A stretch of DNA of 64,000 nt, taken from NCBI GenBank assembly GCA_944392265.1, contig CALXWC010000004.1:3983-67982 (forward strand), given 5' to 3'. A program made the position numbers and the translations under genes. The notes under the pieces were generated by a model that was not told where the DNA came from, did no database searches, and saw only the letters and a program-made list of their open reading frames with translations. Positions 10,580 through 20,859 of this stretch are shown here, in pieces; position 1 is the first letter of the stretch; every line of letters starts with the position of its first letter. The DNA comes from an uncultured Alphaproteobacteria bacterium (GTDB taxonomy: Bacteria > Pseudomonadota > Alphaproteobacteria > RF32 > CAG-239).

Positions 10580-10731
10580 AAATATATTCCCTAAATTTTG
10601 ATAATTATCCCCATTTGACGAGCAAGAATATCCCCATATCATCACTCATCTCGCGTAGTGTATAATATTTTTTTTGATTTTTAAATATTAAAGTAATAGA
10701 TAAAAACTTATCCACAGCCTATTCTTTTATA

Positions 10732-12405
10732 TTAAAACAAGCCGGATATTTTTCCGTTCTCGTCCACGTCTATTCTTTCTGCCGAAGGGGATTCCGGTAA
10801 TCCAGGCATATCAACAATACTTCCGGCAAAAACAACCACAAATCCGGCACCTGCCGATAAAGAAACATCTCTAATCGGCAAAATATAATCTTTCGGCGCG
10901 TTTCTTAAGGCTTTGTCATGAGATATGGAGTTTTGTGTTTTGGCAACACAAATCGGCAGGTCACCATAACCCTCTTTTTGATATCTGATTAATTTTCTTG
11001 CAATATCTTCAGGAATTTCAGCCCAATTTGCACGATAAATTTCTTTGGCAATTATATTGATTTTATCTTCCAAATCTATATCATTTTCATATAAATAATG
11101 AAAATTATTGTCTTTTTTAGTTTCTTCTATAACAACTTTAGCCAAATTTTCAACGCCTGCTCCGCCTTTTTCCCAACCTTCGGACAAAACAGCTTTTACG
11201 CCTAAGGCTTCTGTCTTTTTCATTAACAAATCTATTTCTTTATCTGTATCTGAGGCAAATTTATTTACGGCAACTACTACCGGAAGACCATATTTTTTCA
11301 TATTTTCAATATGCGTCTTTAAATTATCAAAACCTTCATCTAAGGCCTGTAAATTTTCTTGAGTTAAATCTTCTTTATTCACACCGCCATGCATTTTTAA
11401 GGCTCTTATGGTTGCCACAATCACAACAGCAGATGGCTTTAGATTTGCCTTGCGACATTTGATATCAAAAAATTTTTCAGCGCCTAAATCTGCACCAAAG
11501 CCGGCTTCTGTTACCACATAATCTGCCAATTTTAATGCTGTTTTGGTAGCAACAATACTATTGCACCCATGCGCAATGTTAGCAAAAGGTCCACCATGAA
11601 TTAATACCGGCGTGTGTTCCAAGGTTTGAACCAAGTTTGGTCTTATGGCGTCTTTTAATATGGCGGCCATAGCGCCCACAGCTTTCAAATCTTTGGCATA
11701 AACAAAATTGCCGTCTTTATTTTTACCAATAATGATTTTGCTCAAACGTTCTTTTAGGTCTGTAATATTTTCTGCCAAGCACAATATGGCCATTACTTCA
11801 CTGGCAACACTAATGCAAAACTTGGCTTTTCTTTCCACACCATTAACTTTTGCGCCTTGTGCTATGGTAATATCTCTTAAAGTTCTGTCATTTAAATCCA
11901 AGCATCTCTTCCATGTGATTGAATTTTCATCCAAATTTAGTTTATTTCCCTGATAAAGATGATTATCAATCATTGAAGCTAATAAATTTGCGGCAGTTGT
12001 CACGGCATGAATATCTCCGGTGAAATGCAAATTAATATCTTCCATCGGAATAACCTGAGAATATCCACCGCCTGTGGCACCGCCTTTGGTTCCAAAACAA
12101 GGACCTAATGATGGTTCTCTTAAAGCAATCATTGCTTTTTTATTCAAACGATGCAAAGCATCTCCCAAACCAATAGAAACTGTTGATTTTCCTTCTCCGG
12201 CTGAGGTTGGCGTGATGGCCGTGACTAAAATTAATTTGCCATCTTTAATATCTGAATTTTGAATCTCTTTTAGTTTTTCAGCAGACAATTTGGCCTTATA
12301 TTTTCCGTAAAACTCAATATCATCTGACTTTAAGCCAATTTGGGAAGCAATTTTTTCAATCGGATAAAGTTTTGCGTTTTGTGAAATTTCAATATCTGTT
12401 AACAT
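10732..12405 (-). CDS. fhs: formate-tetrahydrofolate ligase
   Basis: 557 aa. TPTSAGEGKST nucleotide-binding loop. Full-length FTHFS-like sequence. Confidence 0.95.
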   Translation of the reverse strand: MLTDIEISQNAKLYPIEKIASQIGLKSDDIEFYGKYKAKLSAEKLKEIQNSDIKDGKLILVTAITPTSAGEGKSTVSIGLGDALHRLNKKAMIALREPSLGPCFGTKGGATGGGYSQVIPMEDINLHFTGDIHAVTTAANLLASMIDNHLYQGNKLNLDENSITWKRCLDLNDRTLRDITIAQGAKVNGVERKAKFCISVASEVMAILCLAENITDLKERLSKIIIGKNKDGNFVYAKDLKAVGAMAAILKDAIRPNLVQTLEHTPVLIHGGPFANIAHGCNSIVATKTALKLADYVVTEAGFGADLGAEKFFDIKCRKANLKPSAVVIVATIRALKMHGGVNKEDLTQENLQALDEGFDNLKTHIENMKKYGLPVVVAVNKFASDTDKEIDLLMKKTEALGVKAVLSEGWEKGGAGVENLAKVVIEETKKDNNFHYLYENDIDLEDKINIIAKEIYRANWAEIPEDIARKLIRYQKEGYGDLPICVAKTQNSISHDKALRNAPKDYILPIRDVSLSAGAGFVVVFAGSIVDMPGLPESPSAERIDVDENGKISGLF

Positions 12406-12408
12406 TTC

Positions 12409-12591
12409 TCACTTCTCCTCGGCTTTCTTTTTTAAAACATAATTTAGTTTTTTTAAGGCTTGGATTTGCATTTCTTGTTCATTCAGGCCTGCCGGAACAA
12501 CAACGCAAACTTCCGTTTGGGTTTCCGGTTCAATTGCACTTACTTTAATATATTGCCCTTGTCTTATATATTCAAATAAAATTTCAGCCAT
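12409..12591 (-). CDS. small conserved hypothetical protein
   Basis: 60-aa ORF, 3 nt upstream of fhs. The pattern ILFEYIRQGQYIKVSAIEPETQTEV resembles small proteins I recall from Alphaproteobacteria. No function known. Confidence 0.45.
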   Translation of the reverse strand: MAEILFEYIRQGQYIKVSAIEPETQTEVCVVVPAGLNEQEMQIQALKKLNYVLKKKAEEK

Positions 12592-12623
12592 ATAAACACA
12601 AAGCAGGCATAAGCCTGCTTTAT

Positions 12624-14855
12624 TTACTCCTTTGTTTCTTTCAAAAATTTATTGTTTTTCGGGAAGCCGAAAGGTGCTAACTTACCAACTTGAGCACGAT
12701 GTCCTAACCAGGTTAACAACTCCGTTTCTGTTTTGGTTCCTCCGGCTCGGTTATAGGTAAAGCCTTCACTTTCCTTAAAGATTTGAATATCGCTTAAGCC
12801 ACCGTCTTTGTATTTTTGCAAGGAAACACCTCTTCCTCTGGCCATGCTTGGAACCTCTTCTGCCTTAAAGACCAAAAGCTTGCGGTTATCACCAATAACG
12901 GCAACCATATCACCATCCATTCTCTTGCAGAACTTGGTATATTCTCCGGCTTCAACATTCATAATCTTGCGGCCATTTCTGGTTTGAGCCAAAATATGAT
13001 TTTCATCCACAACAAAACCACGGCCTGTGTTTGATGCAATAAGATATTTGGCTTTTGCATCAAAGACAAACATTTCGGTAATATTGTCATTAATACCTAA
13101 ATCTATCATCAAGCGCAATGGCTGACCAAAGCCTCTTCCACATGGAATTTCATTGGCCGGAATGGTAAAGAACTTGCCTGAAGTATCAAATAAAATGATT
13201 TTATCTGTTGTTTGTGCATGAATGGCAATCAACAAAGCATCATCATCTTTGAACTTGAAGTCTTCATTTAGGTTGCTATAACCTTTTAAGGCTCTAATCC
13301 AACCTTTTTGAGACAAAATTACGGTAATTGGTTCTTTTTCAATAAAGGCTTCTACCGGCACATCTATTTCTTCAGAAACTTCGGCAAATTCGGTACGGCG
13401 TTTGCCTAAAGCTGTTTTCTTGCCAAATTTTTCTCTTGTTAATTTAATTTCTTCGGCAATGGCGGCCCAGCGTTTGCCTTCATCTGCAAGCAAAGCTTCC
13501 AATTCGCCTTTTTCTGCTGACAAATCATCATATTCTTTTCTGATTTCCATTTCTTCTAACTTGCGCAAAGAACGCAATTTCATATTCAAAATGGCTTCAG
13601 CTTGATTATCTGTCAGCTCAAATTTTTTCATCAATTCTGTTTTAGGTTCGTCTTCTTCACGGATAATTCTAATCACTTCATCTAGGTTGAGATATGCAAT
13701 TAAGTATCCGCTCAAAAGTTCCATACGAGCAATAATCTTGTTTAAACGGAAGTTTACACGACGTTTTAACACATTGTGTCGGTGATTCAAAAACTCGGAT
13801 AAAACCTCTTTAATGCTCATTACTCTTGGAACGGTATCAGAATCCAAAACATTCATATTCATTGTGAAACGAACTTCTAAGTCTGTTTGCTTGAACAAAT
13901 GTTCCATCAACAGAAAAGCGTCTACACTTCTGTTCTTAGGCTCTAATACAATACGAACATCATGAGATGACTCATCTCTGACATCGTTTAACATTGGCAG
14001 CTTTTTATCTACCAACAAGGATGCAATTTTTTCAATTAATTTAGATTTAACAACCTGATACGGGATTTCTGTAACCACAATTTGATATTGTCCGTGGCCT
14101 AAATCTTCTTTCTCCCATTTTGCACGAATGCGGAAAGTTCCTTTTCCTTGTGTATAAGCGTCTAAAATTGTGGAAAACTTATCAATAATCACACCACCTG
14201 TCGGGAAATCAGGGCCTTTAATTCTTTTAACCAAAGGTTCCATTCCGCAATCAGGGTTTTCAATTAAATATAACAAAGCATCGCAAACTTCACTTAAGTT
14301 ATGCGGCGGAATGTTTGTGGCCATACCAACGGCAATACCGACAGAACCGTTGCACAACAAGTTTGGCACCATTGAAGGCATAACAACAGGTTCGCTCTCC
14401 TCGCCGTCATAAGTATCACGGAAATCAACGGCATCTTCATTCAAACCTTCCATCATTGCTATGGCAAATTCGGTTAATCTGGCTTCGGTATAACGCATAG
14501 CGGCGGCACCGTCTCCGTCAATGTTACCAAAGTTTCCTTGTCCGTCTACCAAAGGGTATCTGACTGAAAAATCTTGTGCCAAACGCACCATGGCGCCATA
14601 TACTGCTGTGTCACCATGCGGGTGATATTTACCGATAACATCACCAACCACACGCGCACATTTCTTAAAACCGGACTTGGGGTCCAAATGCAATTGGCGC
14701 ATTGCATAAAGCAAACGTCTGTGCACTGGCTTTAAGCCGTCTCTGACATCGGGCAAAGCACGATCGACAATTGTTGACATTGCATAAGACAAATAGCGGT
14801 TGCTTAATTCTTCCGCTAAATGGACGTCTTTAATCTTTTCTTCTGTTTCAGCCAT
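12624..14855 (-). CDS. parC: DNA topoisomerase IV subunit A
   Basis: 743 aa. [20 protein letters not shown] and [10 protein letters not shown] (catalytic Tyr). The length is closer to ParC than to GyrA. Confidence 0.8.
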   Translation of the reverse strand: MAETEEKIKDVHLAEELSNRYLSYAMSTIVDRALPDVRDGLKPVHRRLLYAMRQLHLDPKSGFKKCARVVGDVIGKYHPHGDTAVYGAMVRLAQDFSVRYPLVDGQGNFGNIDGDGAAAMRYTEARLTEFAIAMMEGLNEDAVDFRDTYDGEESEPVVMPSMVPNLLCNGSVGIAVGMATNIPPHNLSEVCDALLYLIENPDCGMEPLVKRIKGPDFPTGGVIIDKFSTILDAYTQGKGTFRIRAKWEKEDLGHGQYQIVVTEIPYQVVKSKLIEKIASLLVDKKLPMLNDVRDESSHDVRIVLEPKNRSVDAFLLMEHLFKQTDLEVRFTMNMNVLDSDTVPRVMSIKEVLSEFLNHRHNVLKRRVNFRLNKIIARMELLSGYLIAYLNLDEVIRIIREEDEPKTELMKKFELTDNQAEAILNMKLRSLRKLEEMEIRKEYDDLSAEKGELEALLADEGKRWAAIAEEIKLTREKFGKKTALGKRRTEFAEVSEEIDVPVEAFIEKEPITVILSQKGWIRALKGYSNLNEDFKFKDDDALLIAIHAQTTDKIILFDTSGKFFTIPANEIPCGRGFGQPLRLMIDLGINDNITEMFVFDAKAKYLIASNTGRGFVVDENHILAQTRNGRKIMNVEAGEYTKFCKRMDGDMVAVIGDNRKLLVFKAEEVPSMARGRGVSLQKYKDGGLSDIQIFKESEGFTYNRAGGTKTETELLTWLGHRAQVGKLAPFGFPKNNKFLKETKE

Positions 14856-14866
14856 CTTTCTACCTG

Positions 14867-15583
14867 TTATAATCCTAAATTAGATAGCAAATTAGCACGG
14901 CTCGGCGGGAATTTCAAGCCGTGAGTTTGAAAAAAGTTTTTATTTAGGAAAAACTCCGTCATTTTTAACAGATTTCTTAATTCTTCCATTGATGGAAAAA
15001 AATTTTTGTTAACAATAAAATGCGGATATAAAAATAACCTATTCTGATATGGATCTCCTGCTTCTTTACAAACGGCTTTTCCTGTTTTGGGAGATACATA
15101 ATATAAGTTGTTGGTTGTTCCTGTTGCGGAACACTCGCTCAAATCAAGAGAAATTCCTAAGAAATCGAGCAAATAGAACTCAAAATACGCATAGTTTGAC
15201 AGCCAATTTTCTTGATTTATATCAATAAAAAATTTTTCTAAATATTGATATAACATATCTATCGGCATTTGTTCGGGCATGCAGATATTGCTTAAGCAAC
15301 AAAGAGAAGCCAAAGTTTCTAATTTTTGAGAATTGGTCAAGAAATTAACCGTATCAGGAGAAATAAGCTCTACTTTCAAGCTCAACATATTTTCATCAAC
15401 TCTGGCATAAGCTTCAATTTTTACCTTATTGCCTAATTGAAATGTGCTTAAGTTCTTTTTGGACAACGCATTTTTTACAAAACCGACGACTTTTCCGTTT
15501 TTTCTCGTTAAAACACTCAAAATTGCGGAACTTTCGCCGTGTTTTTTTATGTTAATGATGTATCCCTCGTCTTCAAACTTCAT
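14867..15583 (-). CDS. recO: DNA repair protein RecO
   Basis: 238 aa. The N-terminal OB-fold region [22 protein letters not shown] is typical of RecO. Confidence 0.7.
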   Translation of the reverse strand: MKFEDEGYIINIKKHGESSAILSVLTRKNGKVVGFVKNALSKKNLSTFQLGNKVKIEAYARVDENMLSLKVELISPDTVNFLTNSQKLETLASLCCLSNICMPEQMPIDMLYQYLEKFFIDINQENWLSNYAYFEFYLLDFLGISLDLSECSATGTTNNLYYVSPKTGKAVCKEAGDPYQNRLFLYPHFIVNKNFFPSMEELRNLLKMTEFFLNKNFFQTHGLKFPPSRANLLSNLGL

Positions 15584-15622
15584 TTCATTCTCTAAAAAAA
15601 TAGCCCCTTGCGGGGCTAAATA

Positions 15623-16501
15623 TTACATATTGGCTGCTTGCGCCACAATTGGCTCATAATATGGAGCAACAACTTCTTTGGTTATTTTATCATAAGCTTG
15701 TAACTCTGATAAAACGCGTTTCATATCTCTTAACGCTATTGTATTCGGACCATCAGACAATGCTTTATCAGGATTTTCATGTGTTTCCATAAATACGGCA
15801 GCAACACCTACGGCAACAGCAGCTCTTGCCAAAACAGGAGCAAACTCTCTTTGACCACCTGTGCATCCGCCTAAACCTCCGGGTTGTTGGACGGCATGTG
15901 TAGCATCCATAATCACAGGACATCCGGTATCTTTTGCCATTTGCGGGAAACTTCTCATATCTGTTACCAATGTGTTATAACCAAAAGAAGCACCTCTCTC
16001 GGTTAAGCAAACATTATGGTTTCCGGAATCATCGCATTTTTGAACAATGTTTTTCATATCCCAAGGAGCCATAAACTGACCTTTTTTGATGTTTACAACC
16101 TTACCTGTTTTAGCTGCAGCGACAACCAAATCTGTTTGTCTGCACAAAAAGGCCGGAATTTGCAACATATCTACATAAGGAGCAATTTCTGCGCATTGTT
16201 CTTTTTCATGAACATCTGTTACAATCGGTAAATTTGGATATTTTTTCTTGATATCAGCAAAAGTTCTGATACCTTCTTCCATGCCAACACCTCTGGCTCC
16301 GTTAATGGATGTGCGGTTGGCTTTATCAAAAGAGGCTTTGAAAATATAATTAATTCCTAATTCTTTGGTGATTTTAACCATTTCTTCGGCAATCATCAAA
16401 GCGTGGTCATGACTCTCTATTTGGCAAGGGCCTGCCAATAAAGACATCGGTAATGTATTGGAAATTTCAAAATTACCAATTTTTATAATTCTTTGTTCCA
16501 T
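15623..16501 (-). CDS. kdsA: 3-deoxy-8-phosphooctulonate synthase
   Basis: 292 aa. GPCQIES, KASFDKANRTS and DATHAVQQPGG motifs. Confidence 0.9.
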   Translation of the reverse strand: MEQRIIKIGNFEISNTLPMSLLAGPCQIESHDHALMIAEEMVKITKELGINYIFKASFDKANRTSINGARGVGMEEGIRTFADIKKKYPNLPIVTDVHEKEQCAEIAPYVDMLQIPAFLCRQTDLVVAAAKTGKVVNIKKGQFMAPWDMKNIVQKCDDSGNHNVCLTERGASFGYNTLVTDMRSFPQMAKDTGCPVIMDATHAVQQPGGLGGCTGGQREFAPVLARAAVAVGVAAVFMETHENPDKALSDGPNTIALRDMKRVLSELQAYDKITKEVVAPYYEPIVAQAANM

Positions 16502-16577
16502 TATTCGCCTTTCATGAAATTATCTTTATCCTCTATAGCATAAAAATTTTTTTTTGCAACAATATTTTGGACAAAAT

Positions 16578-16611
16578 AAAAAAAACTCACAACAATCATA
16601 TGTTGTGAGTT
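16578..16611 (-). terminator. rho-independent terminator of the 375-aa orphan gene
   Basis: 10-bp stem actcacaaca/tgttgtgagt with a 6-nt loop. On the minus sense it is followed by a T-run (plus-strand A-run 16578-16584). Confidence 0.6.
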
Positions 16612-16620
16612 CTCTTTTTT

Positions 16621-17748
16621 CTACTGATAAAACAATTGTTTTATATTGTTTTCATGCATTTTTTGCAACAAACTTGCCTTCAGGCGCAACGCTTCTTCCG
16701 TTTTGATAAAAATTTGAGCATTTTTTTGAATACTCATTTCAGGTTGTGAACTCACTTCTTGTAAAAACGCAAGCTTTTCCTCTTTTTCATCAATATTTGA
16801 GCTCTGAAGACAAGCAATGGCATTTTTTATCAACTCTTCAGCTACAATATCTTGTCTGAACATCAGCTGTATTATATCTTCTGACCAAACATAGAGATGA
16901 GCCCCCATACAACAAAAGCTCCCCACAAGAAAAGCTCCAACATCATACATAGTCTTAGACCATCTTTTAGGACAAACCCAAATGGCACGTTGATGCAATA
17001 AAACTTCTTTCATCTTCTCTATGAGTTGATTTTGGGTTTCGTTTATTGCCGGATTAAAAGCAGATACCTCGCAGATATCTTCGTTATTTACTCCTAATCC
17101 ATTCAACAAGCCATGCACAATCTGATAATTAATACTGCCCCCGTCAAACTCCAAAACATAAAGTTTGGGTGCTTTTTTATAACTTTGTTTTATGTCATGA
17201 TAAATGTATGATGCATAAACAAAGTTATCCAAACTCACACACGGAACAACCAAAACATTAAACTGGCGAGCTATGGTTTTATATAAGCTTGCTTGTCTTA
17301 ACGCTTTGAAATCTGAAAGATTTTGTGCTTTATCTCCAGCCAAATCAACCATTTTTTTGATGTAATCTTCTTCCATATTTGGGGTATAGAATAAAAATTT
17401 ATCGGCCAAATCCGGTTTGGTTTGCTGCAAAGTCTTTAGATAATCAAAATGTCCGACAAAAAGTGTTCTTCCTATCAAACGAATATCTTGTAAGTTTCTG
17501 GAAAGCTGCTGATGACAGGCTTCATTCGGTGTCCTCCAAACATCCATATCTATGCGATAACTTACATAAAAATGATGAATGGACTGCAACTTGTTTGCAA
17601 TTTCCAGACTTGTCTTACCACTACCATAGACCAAACAGTTCACATTTTGCATTTTTTCCGTATCAATCGCATAAAAGCAATTTGTTTCCTTTTTAGGCGT
17701 TTCTTTGAAAACACTTAACAATGTTTCTAGAATTTTTTCTTTTTCCAT
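16621..17748 (-). CDS. hypothetical protein (orphan)
   Basis: 375-aa ORF with its own terminator. No SD upstream. No signal peptide and no recognisable motif. Confidence 0.6.
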   Translation of the reverse strand: MEKEKILETLLSVFKETPKKETNCFYAIDTEKMQNVNCLVYGSGKTSLEIANKLQSIHHFYVSYRIDMDVWRTPNEACHQQLSRNLQDIRLIGRTLFVGHFDYLKTLQQTKPDLADKFLFYTPNMEEDYIKKMVDLAGDKAQNLSDFKALRQASLYKTIARQFNVLVVPCVSLDNFVYASYIYHDIKQSYKKAPKLYVLEFDGGSINYQIVHGLLNGLGVNNEDICEVSAFNPAINETQNQLIEKMKEVLLHQRAIWVCPKRWSKTMYDVGAFLVGSFCCMGAHLYVWSEDIIQLMFRQDIVAEELIKNAIACLQSSNIDEKEEKLAFLQEVSSQPEMSIQKNAQIFIKTEEALRLKASLLQKMHENNIKQLFYQ

Positions 17749-17814
17749 AATTATAAAGATTAAGTTAATAATAAAATATATGTTGCAACCTTATACTCTC
17801 TTTTGCCTTATTGC

Positions 17815-17845
17815 AAATAAAAAAGCCACCTTTTTACAGGTGGCT
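17815..17845 (-). terminator. rho-independent terminator downstream of pyrG
   Basis: Stem agccacct/aggtggct. The minus sense is followed by TTTTTTATTT. Confidence 0.65.
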
Positions 17846-17853
17846 TATTCTTT

Positions 17854-19494
17854 TTATTTTGCTTCTTGTTGTTTTTCAATTGCAGCTTTAACAAATGAAA
17901 CAAACAACGGATGCGGATCAAACGGTCTGGATTTTAATTCCGGATGGAATTGAACACCGATAAACCATTTATTGGCCGGAATTTCAACGATTTCAGGCAA
18001 ACGTCCGTCCGGAGATTTTCCGGTTACGACCATGCCTGCGTCGTTTAATTGTTTTTCATAAGCCAAGTTTACTTCATAACGATGACGGTGACGTTCTGAA
18101 ATTTTATCCGTGCCGTAAATTTTTCTAACCAAAGAATCTTTTGCCAAAACGCAAGGATAAGCGCCCAAACGCATGGTTCCGCCCAAATCTCCGTCCTTAG
18201 AGCGTTTTTCTTTGTCTCCGTCTTTTTCCCATTCGGTCATTAAGCCGACAACAGGTTCACAGTTTGAACGCAATTCTGTGGTATAAGCGTTTTTAACACC
18301 GGCCACATGTTGCATTGTTTCAATAACGGCCATTTGCATACCATAGCAAATTCCCAAAAACGGAATATCATTTTCACGAGCATATTTAATTGCGGCAATT
18401 TTTCCGTCTGTTCCGCGTTGACCAAATCCGCCCGGAACCAAAATGGCTGAAACATCAGATAAATAAATATCCGGTTCGCTTTTTTCCAAGAGTTCAGAAT
18501 CTACCCATTTGATTTTTACTTTGTATTTATTAGCAATACCACCATGAACCAAAGCTTCATGAATAGATTTGTAAGCTTCCAACAATTGCATATATTTTCC
18601 GACAACGGCAATTTTAACCTCTCCTTCCGGATGACGGATAATATCAACAATTCTTTCCCATTTGCTTAAATCAGGCTCGCCTTCACATTCAATGCCAAAG
18701 TGTTTGCAAACTTGTTTGTCCATACCTTCATGAGAATATGCAATTGGCACTTGATAAATGTTGTCAACGTCCAATGCGGCAATAACGTTTTCTTCTCTGA
18801 TATTGCAGAACAAAGCAATTTTTTTCTTTTCATTTTGCGGAATTTCGCATTGAGAACGGCAAAGCAACATATCCGGTTGAATTCCGTATTCTTGCAATTT
18901 TTTAACAGAGTGTTGGGTTGGCTTTGTTTTTAATTCGCCAGCAGCCGGAATATAAGGCAACAAGGTAACGTGAATAAACATTGCTCTTTCACGGCCTAAA
19001 TCATAGGCAACTTGACGGATGGCTTCCAAATATGGCTGACCTTCAATATCACCAACCGTACCGCCGATTTCACACAAAACAAAGTCTTCATCCGTGATGT
19101 CTGACAAAATGAAGTCTTTAATTTCATTGGTTACATGCGGAATAACTTGAATGGTTGCACCCAAATAATCACCATGGCGTTCTTTATCGATTACTCTTTG
19201 ATAAATTTTTCCGGTGGTAATACTATCTGTTTTGTGGCAGGAAACACCTGAAAATCTTTCATAGTGACCTAAATCCAAGTCTGTTTCTGCACCATCATCA
19301 GTTACATAAACTTCACCGTGTTGATATGGGCTCATTGTTCCGGGGTCTACGTTCAAATATGGATCAAGTTTTCTCATACGAACCTTAAAACCTCTGGATT
19401 GTAAAACAGAAGCTAAGGAAGCTGAAGCTAATCCCTTACCTAATGATGATACAACACCGCCGGTGATAAAAATAAATTTTGTTTTTTCTGACAT
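17854..19494 (-). CDS. pyrG: CTP synthase
   Basis: 546 aa. [17 protein letters not shown]-terminus. C-terminal glutamine amidotransferase domain with GICYGMQ. Confidence 0.95.
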   Translation of the reverse strand: MSEKTKFIFITGGVVSSLGKGLASASLASVLQSRGFKVRMRKLDPYLNVDPGTMSPYQHGEVYVTDDGAETDLDLGHYERFSGVSCHKTDSITTGKIYQRVIDKERHGDYLGATIQVIPHVTNEIKDFILSDITDEDFVLCEIGGTVGDIEGQPYLEAIRQVAYDLGRERAMFIHVTLLPYIPAAGELKTKPTQHSVKKLQEYGIQPDMLLCRSQCEIPQNEKKKIALFCNIREENVIAALDVDNIYQVPIAYSHEGMDKQVCKHFGIECEGEPDLSKWERIVDIIRHPEGEVKIAVVGKYMQLLEAYKSIHEALVHGGIANKYKVKIKWVDSELLEKSEPDIYLSDVSAILVPGGFGQRGTDGKIAAIKYARENDIPFLGICYGMQMAVIETMQHVAGVKNAYTTELRSNCEPVVGLMTEWEKDGDKEKRSKDGDLGGTMRLGAYPCVLAKDSLVRKIYGTDKISERHRHRYEVNLAYEKQLNDAGMVVTGKSPDGRLPEIVEIPANKWFIGVQFHPELKSRPFDPHPLFVSFVKAAIEKQQEAK

Positions 19495-19571
19495 ATCTTT
19501 TCCTTTTAATTTAAAGTGAGAGAGGCACCTTCCTTATTAAAAGGTGCCTCTATGTTAACTCATTTGTTTCA

Positions 19572-19889
19572 TCAATCAGCTACCGGAGCTTGTGGTTCTG
19601 CATTCGGAACGCTTGGTGCCGAAGTTTGAACGTCCAAAATTGAGTTTGAACGTTGCTCAAAACCTTTATGATATATAGATAATGAAATACTGGTCAAAAT
19701 AAAGATTGTTGCCAATATTGCGGTTAAACGGGTTAAAAAGTTGCCTTTGCCTCTGGCTGTTAAAAAGCTGTTGGCGCCGCTTCCGCCGCCCAAACCGTTA
19801 AGCGCACCGCCTTCTGAACGTTGCAACAAAATTACGGCAACCAAAAAGATTGCAACAATCAAGTGAACTACTAATAAAACTGTTCCCAT
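19572..19889 (-). CDS. secG: preprotein translocase subunit SecG
   Basis: 105 aa. Two TM helices with the glycine-rich loop LLQRSEGGALNGLGGG. Confidence 0.85.
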   Translation of the reverse strand: MGTVLLVVHLIVAIFLVAVILLQRSEGGALNGLGGGSGANSFLTARGKGNFLTRLTAILATIFILTSISLSIYHKGFEQRSNSILDVQTSAPSVPNAEPQAPVAD

Positions 19890-19907
19890 TTTTATATCCT
19901 TACAATA

Positions 19908-20669
19908 TTAGAAGCCTGCGTTTTTAGCAATGCTGATGAAATCTGCAACTTTAAGGCTTGCTCCACCAATCAAAGCACCGTCTACATCTGGCAAAGACAA
20001 GAATTCTTTTGCGTTGCTCGGTTTTACGGAACCACCATACAAAATGCGCATTTTGTTGGCATTTCCTTTGCCCAATTTCTTAGCCAATACTTTTCTTACT
20101 GCAGCGTGAACTTCTTCAACATCTTCTGCAGTCGGAGTTTTGCCTGTGCCGATAGCCCAAACAGGTTCATAAGCAATAACGGTATTTGAAGCTGTTGCTG
20201 TTTCAGGAACAGAACCCAAAATTTGTTTTGAGCAAACATCAATGGTTTTACCGGCATCACGTTCTGCCAAAGTTTCACCAATACAGATAATAACTTTTAA
20301 TCCGGCATCATAAGCTGCTTGAGATTTTTTGCAAATCAATTCATTGCTTTCACCATGATCGGCTCTTCTTTCAGAGTGGCCGGTAATAACATATTGGCAA
20401 CCGGCATCTTTTAACATAACAGGGCTGATATCACCTGTGTGAGCACCTTTTTCTGCAAAATGGCAATCTTGTGCGCCCAAAGCTACTTTTGCGCCTCTTA
20501 AAGCTTTTTTAACTGAAGTCAACAATGTGAACGGCGGGCATACCAAAAATTCGCATTCAGGTTTTCCCATTGCCTTTACCTCTGCGGCAACACCTTTAGC
20601 CAAAGCAACACCGTCTTCCAAAAGACCGTTCATTTTCCAGTTGCCGGCAATCATAATTTTTCTAGCCAT
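19908..20669 (-). CDS. tpiA: triosephosphate isomerase
   Basis: AGNWKMNG, GHSERR and AYEPVWAIGTG motifs. ATG at 20669 (MARKIMIAGNWKMN) is preceded by AAGGA. The ORF track extends to 20699. Confidence 0.9.
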   Translation of the reverse strand: MARKIMIAGNWKMNGLLEDGVALAKGVAAEVKAMGKPECEFLVCPPFTLLTSVKKALRGAKVALGAQDCHFAEKGAHTGDISPVMLKDAGCQYVITGHSERRADHGESNELICKKSQAAYDAGLKVIICIGETLAERDAGKTIDVCSKQILGSVPETATASNTVIAYEPVWAIGTGKTPTAEDVEEVHAAVRKVLAKKLGKGNANKMRILYGGSVKPSNAKEFLSLPDVDGALIGGASLKVADFISIAKNAGF

Positions 20670-20859
20670 TTTTTTCATCCTTATTTTCATTAAAAACATA
20701 TTTGCCTTCTATTTAGCACATCAAATTTTAATTTTCCAGATAAAAAAACTTTTCAACATAATTATTTTGTAAAGATTTTCGTGTATTATTTGTAAATTTA
20801 TAAAGACATCTGATTATTTTTAATTATAATTTCAAAAAAAATAATTTAAATAAGGTTGT

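Noticed and set aside
6332-10645. Phage tape-measure protein or prophage remnant interpretation of the 1437-aa ORF
   Set aside because: No phage structural, integrase or lysis genes occur anywhere nearby. The protein has an N-terminal two-TM anchor and sits in an operon-like arrangement with dusB.
12601-12620. Hairpin aagcaggc/gcctgctt downstream of parC, considered as a terminator
   Set aside because: There is no convincing T-run on the minus sense, and the next gene starts 10 nt away. Read-through into the small ORF and fhs seems equally likely.
12624-14855. Calling the type IIA topoisomerase A subunit GyrA
   Set aside because: The 743-aa length and the short C-terminal domain fit ParC better than GyrA (typically over 800 aa). 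The call stays at confidence 0.8 because this was not tested phylogenetically.
19521-19552. Hairpin agaggcacctt/aaggtgcctct between secG and pyrG, considered as a terminator
   Set aside because: On the transcribed (minus) sense it is not followed by a T-run. It may be an mRNA-stabilising or processing structure, but I cannot support a terminator call.
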